A DNA stretch of 64,000 nucleotides, taken from assembly GCA_015680685.1 (NCBI GenBank), contig MNCI01001420.1, positions 223,827-287,826 of the forward strand, in the 5' to 3' direction. Under the pieces are notes generated by a model. That model saw nothing but the letters and a program-made list of their open reading frames with translations, ran no database searches and had not been told where the DNA came from. The translations under genes and the position numbers were made by a program. This stretch comes from Gnetum montanum (Eukaryota > Plantae > Gnetophyta). How positions within the stretch are numbered: the stretch's first letter is position 1; each line of letters starts with the position of its first letter. Shown piece by piece: positions 48,920 through 60,900 of the stretch.

Positions 48920-51800
48920 CAAATGGCACCCAAGAGAGGGTTGTAGGCAAGAGTGCCATCATAATCTAGGGAGAAGCAACCACAAGGAGGAAGAAATCAA
49001 AAATAACCATAGCAACAATAACAACCCTAGGAGTAAGCAACTAAATTTACTCATGCTATTGGGCCACTATAGGAGGAGCCTGAGTTGAAATCTGTCTCAT
49101 ATATTTTTATAGTAGAGATAGGCCAATCCAAGCAAGATGAGGTCCCAAGACCAAGACCTAATTCAAAGGTCATACTTACAAAAGCTTTCTTAGAGAAGAT
49201 TTGAACTAAGGAGATTCAAAGCTCCATCATGCAAGAGATGAACTTTGGATCATTTCTGGAAGCTTGCACTAGAAGAGGTTCAAATACAACTCCAAGGGAC
49301 TCCAACATGGTCCATTCTCTCCAATAGTGGAGAATGATACATAGGGAAAACTTACCTCTTTTCAAATAACTGATAAGGAGATGTTAGTATTAAATAAAAG
49401 ACATTACCATCTCTTGCTCAATTAATGCCATAGTAGAAGCTCTTGATTTGCCAAACACTGGGGTGAAGTTGGCAAAAATATCCATGTAGGTAAACCCAGA
49501 GGCCAAGAAAAAATTAGGTCCAATGATGTTATGGAGTGGACTGTAAGGAGTATGTCCTAACCAAAGCAAAGTGAGCATACTTCAAAATTACAGCCTATCA
49601 TCTTAATCCAACGGTGAGGCCAAGTAAGGTCACAAGCTTCTCCACCAAGGCATGTGTAGCTCTAAGTGGAAAATTTGAAGTCAAGTTACTGTAATTAATC
49701 TTCCTTGAGATAGAAAACATTTGAAGGAGAATGAGAAGGGCAAGAAGACACTTCCCTTCTCATGCTTGATCAAAAAACTATGCAAGATGAAAGGAATAAC
49801 CTGCTATTTTAATGATGTGGTTTGCCTTGCTCCTACCATATTATGGTAAGAGATGATGAAAGACAAGGCCATTGCCAAGCTTCAAGAAGAGGATGCCACT
49901 ACCATCACCATGTGCAGCACCAAAGATGACACCAAAGATGCTTGTAGCTACTGAAGGCCTCAAGAAACTCAGGGAGCAAAAATTGTAGCAACAATAAACC
50001 TCTAAAGGTGATGGTGAAATCTTGGTATATCGTCCAACCATGAGACATTTGAACAAGGCCACAAGGACCATCAGCTAGCTGGATAGTGAGATGGCACCAT
50101 TGTTCTCGGGGTAGAGAAACCAAGCACTTGCCCAATATAATCCTAATGCTAGAGAAATAACTATGTTCATTTTAGGACAAGCATTTCCTAAAATTTCTAG
50201 AAATGTAGCAGTCTTCTTTGTAACATTGGAAGAAGGTGAAAGAGTGATGGTCCTAGTTGTGCTCCACAAGGGCCAAGAGACAATGATAGAGGTGGTGGCA
50301 AACCATGTTAGAAAAGCTCTGAATGCTCTTGCTACATTTTTTCTTGACATTACTATTATAGCATATATACGTGCATTAGTAGAAGCAGGGAGTGAAAGGA
50401 TGAGCACTGCCCAACATAAGAAAGTATTGGAATGACTGTGGGAGCTAGGAAACCACTTCCATAAATCTTTGATCTCTTAGAAGACAAATCAACAATCCAG
50501 TCATAGCTATGAGAGATGAGGAAAAAGTTATTAATTGTCAAAGTGTAACTTGAGGAGGCCACTGCTAGTAATCGATGGTTAGCCTCCAAGGTTGTGGAAC
50601 TAAGGGCTCATCTATCTGATCCTATCATTCTTAGGCCTAAGCTAACAAGAGATGAAGCTTTTTAGCAACTTCAACATAAATAGTAGAAAGCTGAGAATTT
50701 CAAGGAGATGAAGATTTTTGATGCATCACTATCAAAAGCAATGATGAATATTACCAACTGTGAGTTCCATCAAGTTTGCAAAGAGAACCTGGTGCTAACC
50801 CACAATAACCATCACCTACAGAATGCTAAGTAGAAGAAGGATTAAATGGTAGAATATATTTGGTAATAACAGGAATAACTTGCCAAGGTGAACTTGAATT
50901 TAAGGAGGTCAGTTAGAGAGAACAAAAATCTCTCGATGGAAGAGGTTCAGACCCTTCACAAGAAGACTGCCATTGAGATTTCTATTTAGAAATACAAAGC
51001 CTTGAAATATGAACAAGTGAAGAACCACTACAGGAACTAGGTTGGAATGCTTAAGGAGATCAATGAGAAAGAAATCAAATTGACTAAGGCAAAGGTGAAC
51101 GAGGCCATCCAACAACTCTAGTAGAAAGGGGATGCATGGTAGCACATCTTAGATGGACTCAATGCATATAAACAAGCAGAGATCCACCTAAAGAAGTTGC
51201 AAATCAAGGAGATGACTAAGTATATGGAGTTTAACAACCTCTAATATGCAAACTTGGAAATGTTCACTACAGGAAGACCTAGGATTGAATTGGAGAAGTA
51301 AGTGGCCAACTCTTACCTCCTTTACAAGGCAAATTTTGACTTCCACAACAAGACCAAGCAAAAGTTGGAGATAACCAACACGGAGCTTGAGGTTCACAAG
51401 AGCAAATTCATTGGTCAAATATCTGTTACTCAAAAGCTAGCTAGAAGAAATAAGTGGCTACCAAGAACTACAGAACCTTATCTGTACATTTAACATTGAA
51501 TGTAAATAATTCATAGCCTAATTTATCAATATGAAGGAGATGTTTTCATCATTGCCATGGCTATGGGATATTCTAGCACCAATACATCTAGGTGAAGCAA
51601 CTTGGACTATCCATGATCCATACAGCAAAGAAGAAAAGATTAAGACACCCCTAGATGCTTTCCAATTTTTGGCAATAGCAACAATAGTAGTAGGATAGCC
51701 TCAACAACCAATAGGGTTAGGATATGATGAAGGATCCTCCATGTCATAGGAGCCTCCACCTCCAACCACGGTGTAAAAACTTCATTTCAACCACCATCAT
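48920..51800 (+). pseudogene. Athila 3' accessory ORF, second copy, degenerate
   Basis: AIVEALDLPNTG...KKTLPFSCLI, then a long coiled-coil-like region ending VANSYLLYKANFDFHNKTKQKLE, homologous to 42960-43110. Confidence 0.75.
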
Positions 51801-51989
51801 TCGGCTAGGTGCATGCCAAATTTTGTGATAATTAGTCCAACATTCTTTTGTAAACTGTACAATCCTTTTTGTAAATGCGGCACTCAAGGTTAGTCAATTA
51901 CTAAAGTTTAATACTTTCCCAAATTTTGTAAAAATCTCAATCCCATTTTTCTTCCCTTGAGAACAAGTTTCCAATCAGTTGTGGGGGTA

Positions 51990-52823
51990 TCATGAAATGT
52001 CAATAAGGTAATTACATTGACACAACCCCGTTGACCCATCTCAGGATGCATTGGTGCATGTGCATTAATGCTAATATAGTCATTGCCTATATAAATATGC
52101 ACACCTATCACGTTCATGGCACCATTCAATCATTAGCTTAGCCAAACTCTTGTATTTTTTCTCATAGAAGTTAACAAACTTTTTCCTCTGAGTGCCTGCA
52201 ACATGGATCAAACTGATTGCACAACATTTTATTCAAGTACAATATGTACCTAGACACACTTGCATGAACAACAATAAAATTGAGATTTTTTCTATCCATT
52301 GTAGCACTTGGATTAGTTTAACTTTACTTTCTAGCAATTTACCTTTAATGAAAATTCCTTTCTCATTATTAAATGTTTAATATTATAAGTTGTAATTAAC
52401 ATGAGTATGACGACTTCGAGTATAATACATTAACGCTTGGTTATCCAAGCAATGGATACTTGGTACACCTAGCAGTAGATAGCTAGTAACCTAGTAGTGT
52501 TAACATATGTTCAAGATGTGTACAAAAAGTGGAAATGGATGTTTCACATTTAATTTATTTTATTTAATTAATTAGCTAATTTAAATATTAAACCTTCCTT
52601 TATTTAATCATTTTGCAAGACATAGAAAATAATAAAAAGTTATAAAAATAAATATGTTACACCTACAAGTGATGATTGGGAAGATAACAACTAGTAACCA
52701 TGTCTTTCACCATCTAAGAATATAGGCCACTCAGGTAAAACATAGTCCACGGAACTCAACTAGGTCATGTGTACACACTAGTGATTTGTATGGTTGGGCA
52801 TAGAGAATACTTGCTATTAATCA
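51990..52823 (+). repeat. 3' LTR of the second Athila-like element
   Basis: Follows the G-rich tract CAGTTGTGGGGG. TATA at ~52088. Shares blocks with 9118-10024 (GAGTGCCTGCA, TGAGTATGAC, ACAAGTG...GAAGATAACAA, GTATGG). Confidence 0.78.
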
Positions 52824-52828
52824 AAGAT

Positions 52829-53062
52829 AATGTAGTTGAGCTAGTTGGCTCACATGATTTACACTTTGAGGCATTAGGTTCAAAGCTTAGTACTAGCACC
52901 TTTGTGTTTGCTTGAAGTAGGGTGTTGAACTAAAAAAATTTTTCAAACAATATTTGAACCTAAGGTATTAGGTTCAAAGCCTAGTACTAGCACCCCTATG
53001 CTAGCTTGAAGAGGGGTGTTTGGGACCCAAAACTTTTTTTTAAAATAGTATTCCAAACATAG
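52829..53062 (+). other. tRNA-like (SINE-head-like) remnant with a ~95-bp tandem duplication of its T-arm segment
   Basis: A-box-like TAGTTGAGCTAGTTGG with a GAGC/GCTC hairpin. B-box/T-arm TAGG-TTCAAAG-C(T/C)TAG at ~52875 and again at ~52969. Confidence 0.5.
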
Positions 53063-53441
53063 ATAACACAACCAAAACTTTCTATTAAAAATTTGGATAT
53101 TTAAATTTTTTGCCTCTAGTAATGTGATGGCTATTGGACCTAGTACTCTTTATTCTCTTATTAGGATTTCACTAGCTTAGTTAGATATTTATAATATATA
53201 TGTATAATTTAGTTGAGAGAATCTTGCAAAAACTTTATTGAATTTTAGTTCATCTACTGTGCTCAAACTTCAAAATTATCCAAGTTGCCATTTTAATATT
53301 AGATGTATTTTCGTAACAATTTTGCTGAAATAGTTGTGATTGCATGATGAGAAGGATTTGCAAAATATTTCTAAATACCATGTATGCTCCTTTTGGAAAT
53401 ATTGTAGAATACGGGAGTTGACTCCTGTAGAACTCTCCCCC

Positions 53442-56202
53442 ACCGTGGTTAACTAGTTTGTGCTCACGCCATCGGCTGCTTATCATGTGTATCTAAAAAA
53501 TTTCCATATTGACATAAATTATACTTTAGTGCAAATTACACTATCAAGATGAAAAGATAAAATAATGGTTTCCCTTCTGTATTCTGTAATGTTCCGTTCC
53601 GAGTTTCTTTGTAGGGTTAATAATGAAAGGTTGATTAGGCATTACAACATTTGCTTCATCAACGTATTTTCATTACAGATTTTGTATCAACAAATTCGGC
53701 CGAGGGTGAGAGCATACACTAATTTATGAAATTTTTTTTTTCAGAAAACCCATCTTTAGGAAAAATAAGGTACAGAACTCTTGTTCTTTGTCAGAAGGCA
53801 CGAAAATTTGGGTTTTTAAATCTTGTTCTTCGTCCAAAAGTCGTGAAATTTTTTAGTCAAAGAACTTTTTACTTGTATTCTTATAAGATTCTATCGGCCA
53901 ATTTATAGATATATATTATAAATATATATAACTAAGCTAGTGTATGTCGCTTTCCAATGAAAAGGGTCAAGAAATAATAACATGGTTTTTATGTCTTTTG
54001 CACCGCAAAGTTAGACAAGAGGCGTATAAATTTTAAGCATGCGGTTTTTGTGAAATATGTGAAGGTTCTTTAAAATCCTTGAGGCGAGAGCTATGCGTTC
54101 TTGTCTATTTGCTATTTTGGCGAGATGTTTTGCTTGCATGCCTTAGTTTACGGAGCGTTCCCCCAACAATGCGAAATTGCTCTGTTGGCTTTTGTACGTT
54201 TCTGTTTTTTTGTTTTACTTTTCGGATTCTTTTAAGAGCTGGGTGGTATCTCTCTGTTTTGCTTTAGTCTTCTGTCTTGATGCACATAGAGCCTTCGTAT
54301 ATCCAGGGAAAAATGCTTGTCTTTTCCGATAAGATAATGTATGGTAATTATCTATTGGTTAGGTTAAATTAATTTTTGGGTTGTAAGCACACTAATGCAG
54401 GCATGAATGTATTCATAGTTTACATGGGAAGTATTAACATTAATTTAATAATTTTTATATGTTTATACATTTACAATCCCCTTGCAAAGCATTAATTATT
54501 TATTTTTATATATCATAATTCTTAATTATTTTAGACATTGTTCTTTACTCTTTTGCATTAATCTCTTCCATATTTATAAGACTATACTATTTTTGTGGAG
54601 TTCTGTTTACCAATAGGATCAATTTGGTTGCTAGAGTATCTTGCCATTACCATTGTTTTCAATTTAAGATGGTATTTCTTATTTCTTTATATCATTTATT
54701 AATTATTTCATCAAATTTTCAAAAGCAAATATTATGTATCTCTTAGTGACAATCTAATTTTAGTTTAGGATGTTTCCTTTGTGATCTGGGAATAATTATG
54801 TCAAAAAATTTAAAAATTAGAAAATTGTATTGATTTCTATCACGATTTAGGACTTTTGTATAAAGAAAAAATATGTTCAAATTGTAACATACTAATGAAA
54901 AAATAAAAAGATTATTTAAAGAAAGAGAGATGTAGATTTGTTTATCTTTGTTCTGATAAAAAAAATATTTGTTTTGGGACTTCATTTATAAAATCAAAGT
55001 TAGAATTTAAAAAAATCCTTATATTATATATGAATGGAGTTAGAAATGCTCCAAGTATGTAGAAATTTAAAACCAAGAATCCAAAGAGACTGTTATGGAT
55101 TGATTTAATTTTTGTAGAAATGTGTATGCTAATGCTTTATTTAAAAATATACAACAAATTGGAGATCCTAGAAAAGTATTAGAAATTCATAGGTCTAAGT
55201 TTGGGAAAAGAAAGTATAATAGAGGTAGAGGTGTAGCAGATGGTCGAGTATTTGGAAAAATAGAGCATGACTCAAACAATATGTTTTTTGTTGCTGATGA
55301 AAATAGGTTTAAGTAATAAAGCTAGGTTCTATCATTTACAATGACATGTAGAAAGCTATGATTTAGAATAGCTTTATCAACTTTAGTTTGATCATAGGAT
55401 GGTTAATCGTTCACTACATTTTAAAGACCCAATCACACGTATTCATACAAACACTATAGAAATCACATCGCCAACTAAAAAGCTAGCATTACACCAAACG
55501 GCTAAGGAAGGGAGTTACGTAATTTATATCTCCTTGAATACATATGGAGGAGATATGCACGAGAAAAAGAAGATGCATTTTTAATAATGATTAAACAACT
55601 TACTGGATTTTGTATGGACCCTTCCAATAATATATAACCTTAATAATTCATCATATATTTTTCAAATGTTCTTCTATTTAATTAAATAAGAACTTAATTT
55701 CATAAGTTTGACAACATTCTATAGTTTTAGAATTTAGAAGATAGAATTTGGACCTTGCTCTTCAGCTATTTTGTTGTCAGTTTTAAGTACTTTTAAACTG
55801 TAGCCGTCAATTTTGAGTACTTTTAAATTGTTAAGCAGCTCATTGCAAAGTTTTTGTGTTATGGACTGCATTAGTTTCCTCTTTTCATCTTCTCTAGCAG
55901 CATCCTCTTGAATTTTCTTGACCTTAAATAGAAAACGTAATAGCATTCTTTGTTTGGCTTTGCATCTTAATTTCGTAAAGTTTAAATATAAATGTAACGT
56001 TCATAATGCAAATTTTTTTCCATTTTTTAAATCATGAATATTCAAACATACCTGCAAAACAAAGATGGGTGGAAGATTCCGAGATTTCTCAAAGTTGAGA
56101 AGAGAGCCAAAATTTTGTGGAAGTTTTGCACCAAAATGGAAATTTTTTGGATACACCTGGCAAGGAACCCGATGGCGTGAGCATGCACCTGTTAACTGTG
56201 GT
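53442..56202 (+). mobile_element. Merlin (IS1595/ISXO2-related) DNA transposon remnant bounded by ~70-bp imperfect inverted repeats
   Basis: 53442-53511 versus the reverse complement of 56132-56202 share GTTAAC, an exact TGCTCACGCCATCGG, and GTGTATC(T/C)AAAAAATTTCCAT. They enclose the transposase. TSD not identified. Confidence 0.75.
54798..55640 (+). pseudogene. Merlin/ISXO2-like DDE transposase, degenerate
   Basis: N-terminal CIDFYHDLGLLYKEKICSNCNILMK...GTSFIKSKLE, then TVMD*FNFCR, IGDPRKVLEIHRSKFGKRKYNRGR...VFGKIE, GSIIYNDM*KA, VNRSLHFKDPITRIHTNTIE and YLLEYIWRR. These are the canonical Merlin motifs, in order. Confidence 0.9.
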
Positions 56203-56624
56203 CGGCCAGAAACATAATATTATTTAGCCCTCTCCTTAAAACTTAGAAGAAATTTTATTTAGCTTTACTAAGCAAGTAGTTACCCTTACCTAATTGGCCG
56301 CTGCAGGAAACAACACAACCGGTGAATTTATAGAAAAACGAAAGTTTTCAAATTTTAATAATGCAATTTTCAAGATTCATAATAAAGAATTTTATTCTTA
56401 TTATTTTCGAACTAGAAACTCCAGCATCCTTGTCATCCAAACTTTATCTTAATAGTTATCGTTTTTGTCATTCACCTTTACTTATATATCTATAATTCTT
56501 ACATATAATCTTTAATAGGTTTTTTCTCATTTTTTAAAACTCTTTAACGCTTTTGTGAAATTGTTCTATGGCAACTTTCTTATGAGATGTTCCTTCAATC
56601 CTTACAAGCTACTCTAAAATTTCC

Positions 56625-56722
56625 TTATTATCTTTATTATGTAATTCATTTTTTATTATAACATTCAGCATTTTTATTATCTTTATTATGCAATTCATTT
56701 TTTATTATAACATTCAGCATTT
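56625..56722. repeat. ~50-bp tandem duplication (TTATTATCTTTATTATG(T/C)AATTCATTTTTTATTATAACATTCAGCATTT x2)
   Basis: Directly visible. Confidence 0.9.
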
Positions 56723-57288
56723 ATATAAGCATTTTCATCTTGGGATCTCTACCACACTGATTTATTAGTTAGTCGTTTATTTTTTACGGCAAACTTTTTC
56801 GTTAAATAAAATAGCTAGCCTGATTGCTACCTTGTAAACTTTTCGCTCGAATTTCATCTGAAATTTGTAATACCTAATTTTTATGATATAATCTTTGTAA
56901 ACAGAATTACAAACTAGAAAGACCACGACATATGTCATTGGTCCATCAAATGTTGATATTTTTCCTAAGGATGCATCAGAAATTTGTCTCGGTAGAACAC
57001 AGACGAATGTAGAGCGCAGAAAAGCGGATAATCCAGGAGTGGGTATTCAGGGTAAAAAAGTAGGAAGGTCAAAAAATCACTCTGGGTTCAGAAAGAAATC
57101 CTATGCTTGAATGGATTCAAGAATTCATGAGTTTCATCAAACTGGTACAACCTGAAAATTAAAGTAGCAATGTGAAAGAATGCTACTGCATACCTTACTC
57201 TTGGAAAACCCAGAAAGAACGACGCTTTCAGCTGAAGTATGAGACTGTAAGAGAGACAGATGAGAGTGGCCAAAAAAGACACATCACA

Positions 57289-57815
57289 TGTGAGAGAGGT
57301 AGCAGGGTTGGTGGTGGCCTCTACCTCCCCCATGGTTCAGGGCCATGGGGCACAAGGGGTCCTCCACTCCTTGTGTCTTCGGAACCATAATGCATGGCGG
57401 TTCCATGCATTAGTAAAGAGGAGGCTACAACCTACCTCATTACCCCACTCGGTAGGGCCTTGCCTAGGAGGGTTGCGTAGTTCAACTCTACGTTGGGGTG
57501 TTTTTACCAGCTGTGTCATGGGACATGCTATGGGCGACACCAACTACCAGCATGCGGTGATGAATCTGGAAGGTTGAGGTAGTAGTCCCCGTGGTGTCCA
57601 CGTGAGTGGAGCAAGGGAATGCTATCTAGCTTGTTAGTATATTGCGAATATTGAATATGAAACACCACTCAGGAGACATGCTAACACTAATACATTGTTT
57701 GTTGGCATGTGTTTTAGGATTGTTGATTACTGAGGTGTATTCCTCTTGAGTTTCGTCTTGAATAAGAATCTGCTTGGGAAACTCTTGGGGTGCTGAACAA
57801 CGTAACGTTGTTACA
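57289..57815 (+). repeat. 5' LTR (527 bp) of the chromovirus
   Basis: TGTGAGAGAGG...GTTGTTACA, repeated from 63485. Confidence 0.95.
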
Positions 57816-57817
57816 GA

Positions 57818-57830
57818 TGGTATCAGAGCC
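57818..57830 (+). promoter_or_regulatory. Primer-binding site, tRNA-iMet
   Basis: TGGTATCAGAGCC, 2 nt after the LTR. Confidence 0.95.
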
Positions 57831-57954
57831 TCACAATTTCATTTACCAGTAAAATGTTTTTGCTAAAGGGGTGAGAGGGTTTGTGGTTTGTGAGGTTTCC
57901 ATTTTTCTGCTAGCCACTCTACCTTTGAGGGTGGCCTTGTGCTAAAGCTCTCTC

Positions 57955-60900
57955 TTGGGCAACATGGAGCCTAATGGACCAAGTGACATGGTTGATGTTC
58001 AAGTAAACCCAGAAATTGAGGCCGAGACAGAACTTAGTCAAGATGAGACTAAGTTTCAAACCTTAAGGGACCATGTCAAGGCAATTGATGAGGCCTTAGC
58101 CTACCCTGGTCCAAAAAACGCAGACACGATCCATCACATTCTTAAAGATGTTGATTTACCACAAGAAAAAATGGATCTTCGCTCCAAGGACAGGGTGAAA
58201 GTGGCAGAGGCTAAAGTTTCGATCTTGGAAGGTCGTCTAGATCACATGATCAACCTCTATAGGGATCTATTTGGATCCTTGGAAGAGGCACAAATAAAAG
58301 CATCTTTGGTTGAGGACTTAATTGGTTAGGTGAAAGTTCTAAAGGATCCCCTGGTGGGGGTAAATTAGGAGTTATCTGATTTGAAAATTGAAAACACCAT
58401 CCTGAAATCCTCCTTGGCAGGACACTTGGCAAAAAAGCCAGTGACAATGGCTTGTATCAAAGCTAGAGAACCGAGTTCTTATGATGGCGAGAGAAATGAT
58501 GCAAAAATTGATGCCTTCCTCCATGATGTGGAGATGTAAATGAATACTGGGGGCATCCTTATAGCCCAAAAGGTCTCCACAACATCTTAGTTTCTCATAG
58601 GAAGTGCTAAGCTATTGTGGCTTAGCCTCCTTCGTGCTCAAGAAAAGGACACTACTATAGAAAAGCTAGAAACTTGGGATAGATTTAAGGTAGCACTAAT
58701 CAAATAGTTCCGTCCTAGAAACTCTGAATGGGTAGTTAGAACTAAGCTAGAGACCTTAAAACATTCAGGGAAGCTTGATGATTATATCAATAACTTCTAA
58801 GAACTCATGTTGCTGATTCTCGATATGGGAGATCAGGATTGCTTTTTCAACTTTGTAAATGGGTTACAGCCATGGGCACAGATGGAACTACATAGAAGAG
58901 GCATTGACACACTCTCGGAGGCTATTGCGGCTGTTGACACTTTTTTGGACTTCAAGGCAACAAAGCTAGATGGTAAGCCTAGGAAGAGAAAGCATGTCAT
59001 GCCCTCCCACTCTCAAAAAATAGATACAGGTTCCATCAAAGGGGGAAACACATTCAAATCACTCTAGTAAGGTAGTTGCCTGATGGGTGGTCCTCTAGGA
59101 AACCAAGGCTCCCAACAAAAACGTAAAGATACAAGGAGTAGGTGGCAACCTAGGGCCAAGAAGAAATAATTTATAGGGGGTCCCTTTAAGGGGTCAATCC
59201 AATGTTTCTTGTGTCGAGGGAACCACCTAGCAAGGAATTTCCCCTTGAGTTCAAGAAGGACATAAAATTGACAAGGGCAAGCTCTGGGGAAACAACTGAT
59301 GACACTCGAATATTGCCCTGATCCATGCCTTCAGATCACAAATGGAGGCACATCGAGAGAACAACAAAGACTAGCGATTATGATGGAGTTTTCTGACATG
59401 GTTACATGGAGGTTAGGAGCTGGGAACTCCCAAAATATGAATTTTAATAATTTACATTAAGTTCAATTGGCCCCAATCATAGTGAGCTCAAGTCAGTTAA
59501 GTGTCCTCATTGATAATGGGGCTAGCCATAATTACATGGTTCCAGCCATGGTAAAAGATTTGCAACTAAAGATGGAACTAGTCCAAGCCTCTTACAAACT
59601 GGCCAAGTTTAGACCCCTTCGGTGCATTGGGGTGTGTTGCAATGTCCTAGTTCAAGTGGGTTTGTGGCAAGGAGTCATAGATTTATCTATTCTAGATATG
59701 AACTCTTTTTAGGTTATATTGGGGCAAGAATTCTTATGCAAGGCCAAAGTTTTCACGGCTCCACACTTAGACCTAATTTTCATTTCGCATGAAAGCTCCT
59801 CTTGCCTAGTTCAAACTCATGGAGCATAGATGGGAAAGGATGAGGGCTCTAGCCCCCAGATTGTGTCACCAATGGTGATGAAACACTTGGCTAGGGATCC
59901 TACCAGAAAATTTTTGCTAGCTATGTAAACGGGTGATCCTTTTGAGGCTTGTGTATCCCAAACTAATATTGACCCATGCATAGCATATGTGTTAGATAAT
60001 TTTAAAGATGCAATGCTGCCTAAATTGCCAAGAAGTTTACCACCTCGGAGGGTCATGGATCATAAAATAGAATTGCAGCTAGGTATTGACCCTCCTATCC
60101 AAAAGCCATATCGCTTAACAAGGCCAGAATTGGGGGAATTGAAGAAGTAGTTTGAGGGTTTGATGTCCAAGGAATATATTTGTCCCTCAAAATCCCCTTA
60201 TGGGGCATCGATGCTATTTGTAACTAAGGAGAACGAAACTCTATGGCTCTCTTGCGATTAGAAGTTGCTGAATAAACACACTATCAAGAATAAGTACCGA
60301 GTACCACTCATTTTTGATTTGTTCGATCAATTATCAGGGGCCTGGTATTTCACCCGGCTAGACCTCTGACAAGGGTACTACCAGGTTCGCATTGCAGAAG
60401 GGGACGAAGAAAAAACTGCATGCATAAGTTGGTATGGGTCATATATGAGTGGATAGTAATGCCCTTTGGGCTTTGCAATGCATCGGCTACATTTTGTACC
60501 TTGATAAATGAGATATTTCGACCATTCCTAGACAAATTTGTGGTCATCTATCTTGATGATATCTTGATATATAGCCAGACAATGGAGGAACATGCCCTCC
60601 ACCTATAGTTGGTCCTTAAGAAGCTACGAGAAAATTGGCTGTATATTAAGAAAGAGAAATGTGAATTTTGCTGCTCGAAGCTAAAATTTCTAGGACATCT
60701 CATAGGGTATGGGTAGGTAAAGCCAAATCTAAAGAAGGTAGAGGTTGTGCACCAATGGCCTGCTCCCACTAATGTGCATGAGGTCAAACAGTTTATGGGG
60801 TTAGCTAGCTTCTATCTAAAATTCATTAGAAATTTCTCAAGTATCACTGCTCCCCTGACCAATTTGCAAAAGAAAGAAGTTCCATGGCAGTGGTATTCAA

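Larger units (their letters stand above)
44670..52823 (+). mobile_element. Second plus-strand Athila-like element, 5'-truncated (RT-RH-INT, non-coding region, 3' ORF, 3' LTR)
   Basis: Collinear with 34260-44035 from YSGYNQI onward. LTR ends ...CTATTAATCA at 52823. Confidence 0.88.

Noticed and set aside
52829-52900. Functional tRNA gene
   Set aside because: No convincing acceptor or anticodon stem; only the D- and T-arm-like parts remain.
55734-55946. 70-aa minus-strand ORF as a real gene
   Set aside because: Short, partly made of a 30-bp internal duplication, with no recognisable motif; noted only as part of the island.
57088-57577. ORFs overlapping 57088-57577 and their counterparts at 63534-63894
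   Set aside because: They lie largely within the chromovirus LTRs; similarity between the two sets only reflects LTR duplication.
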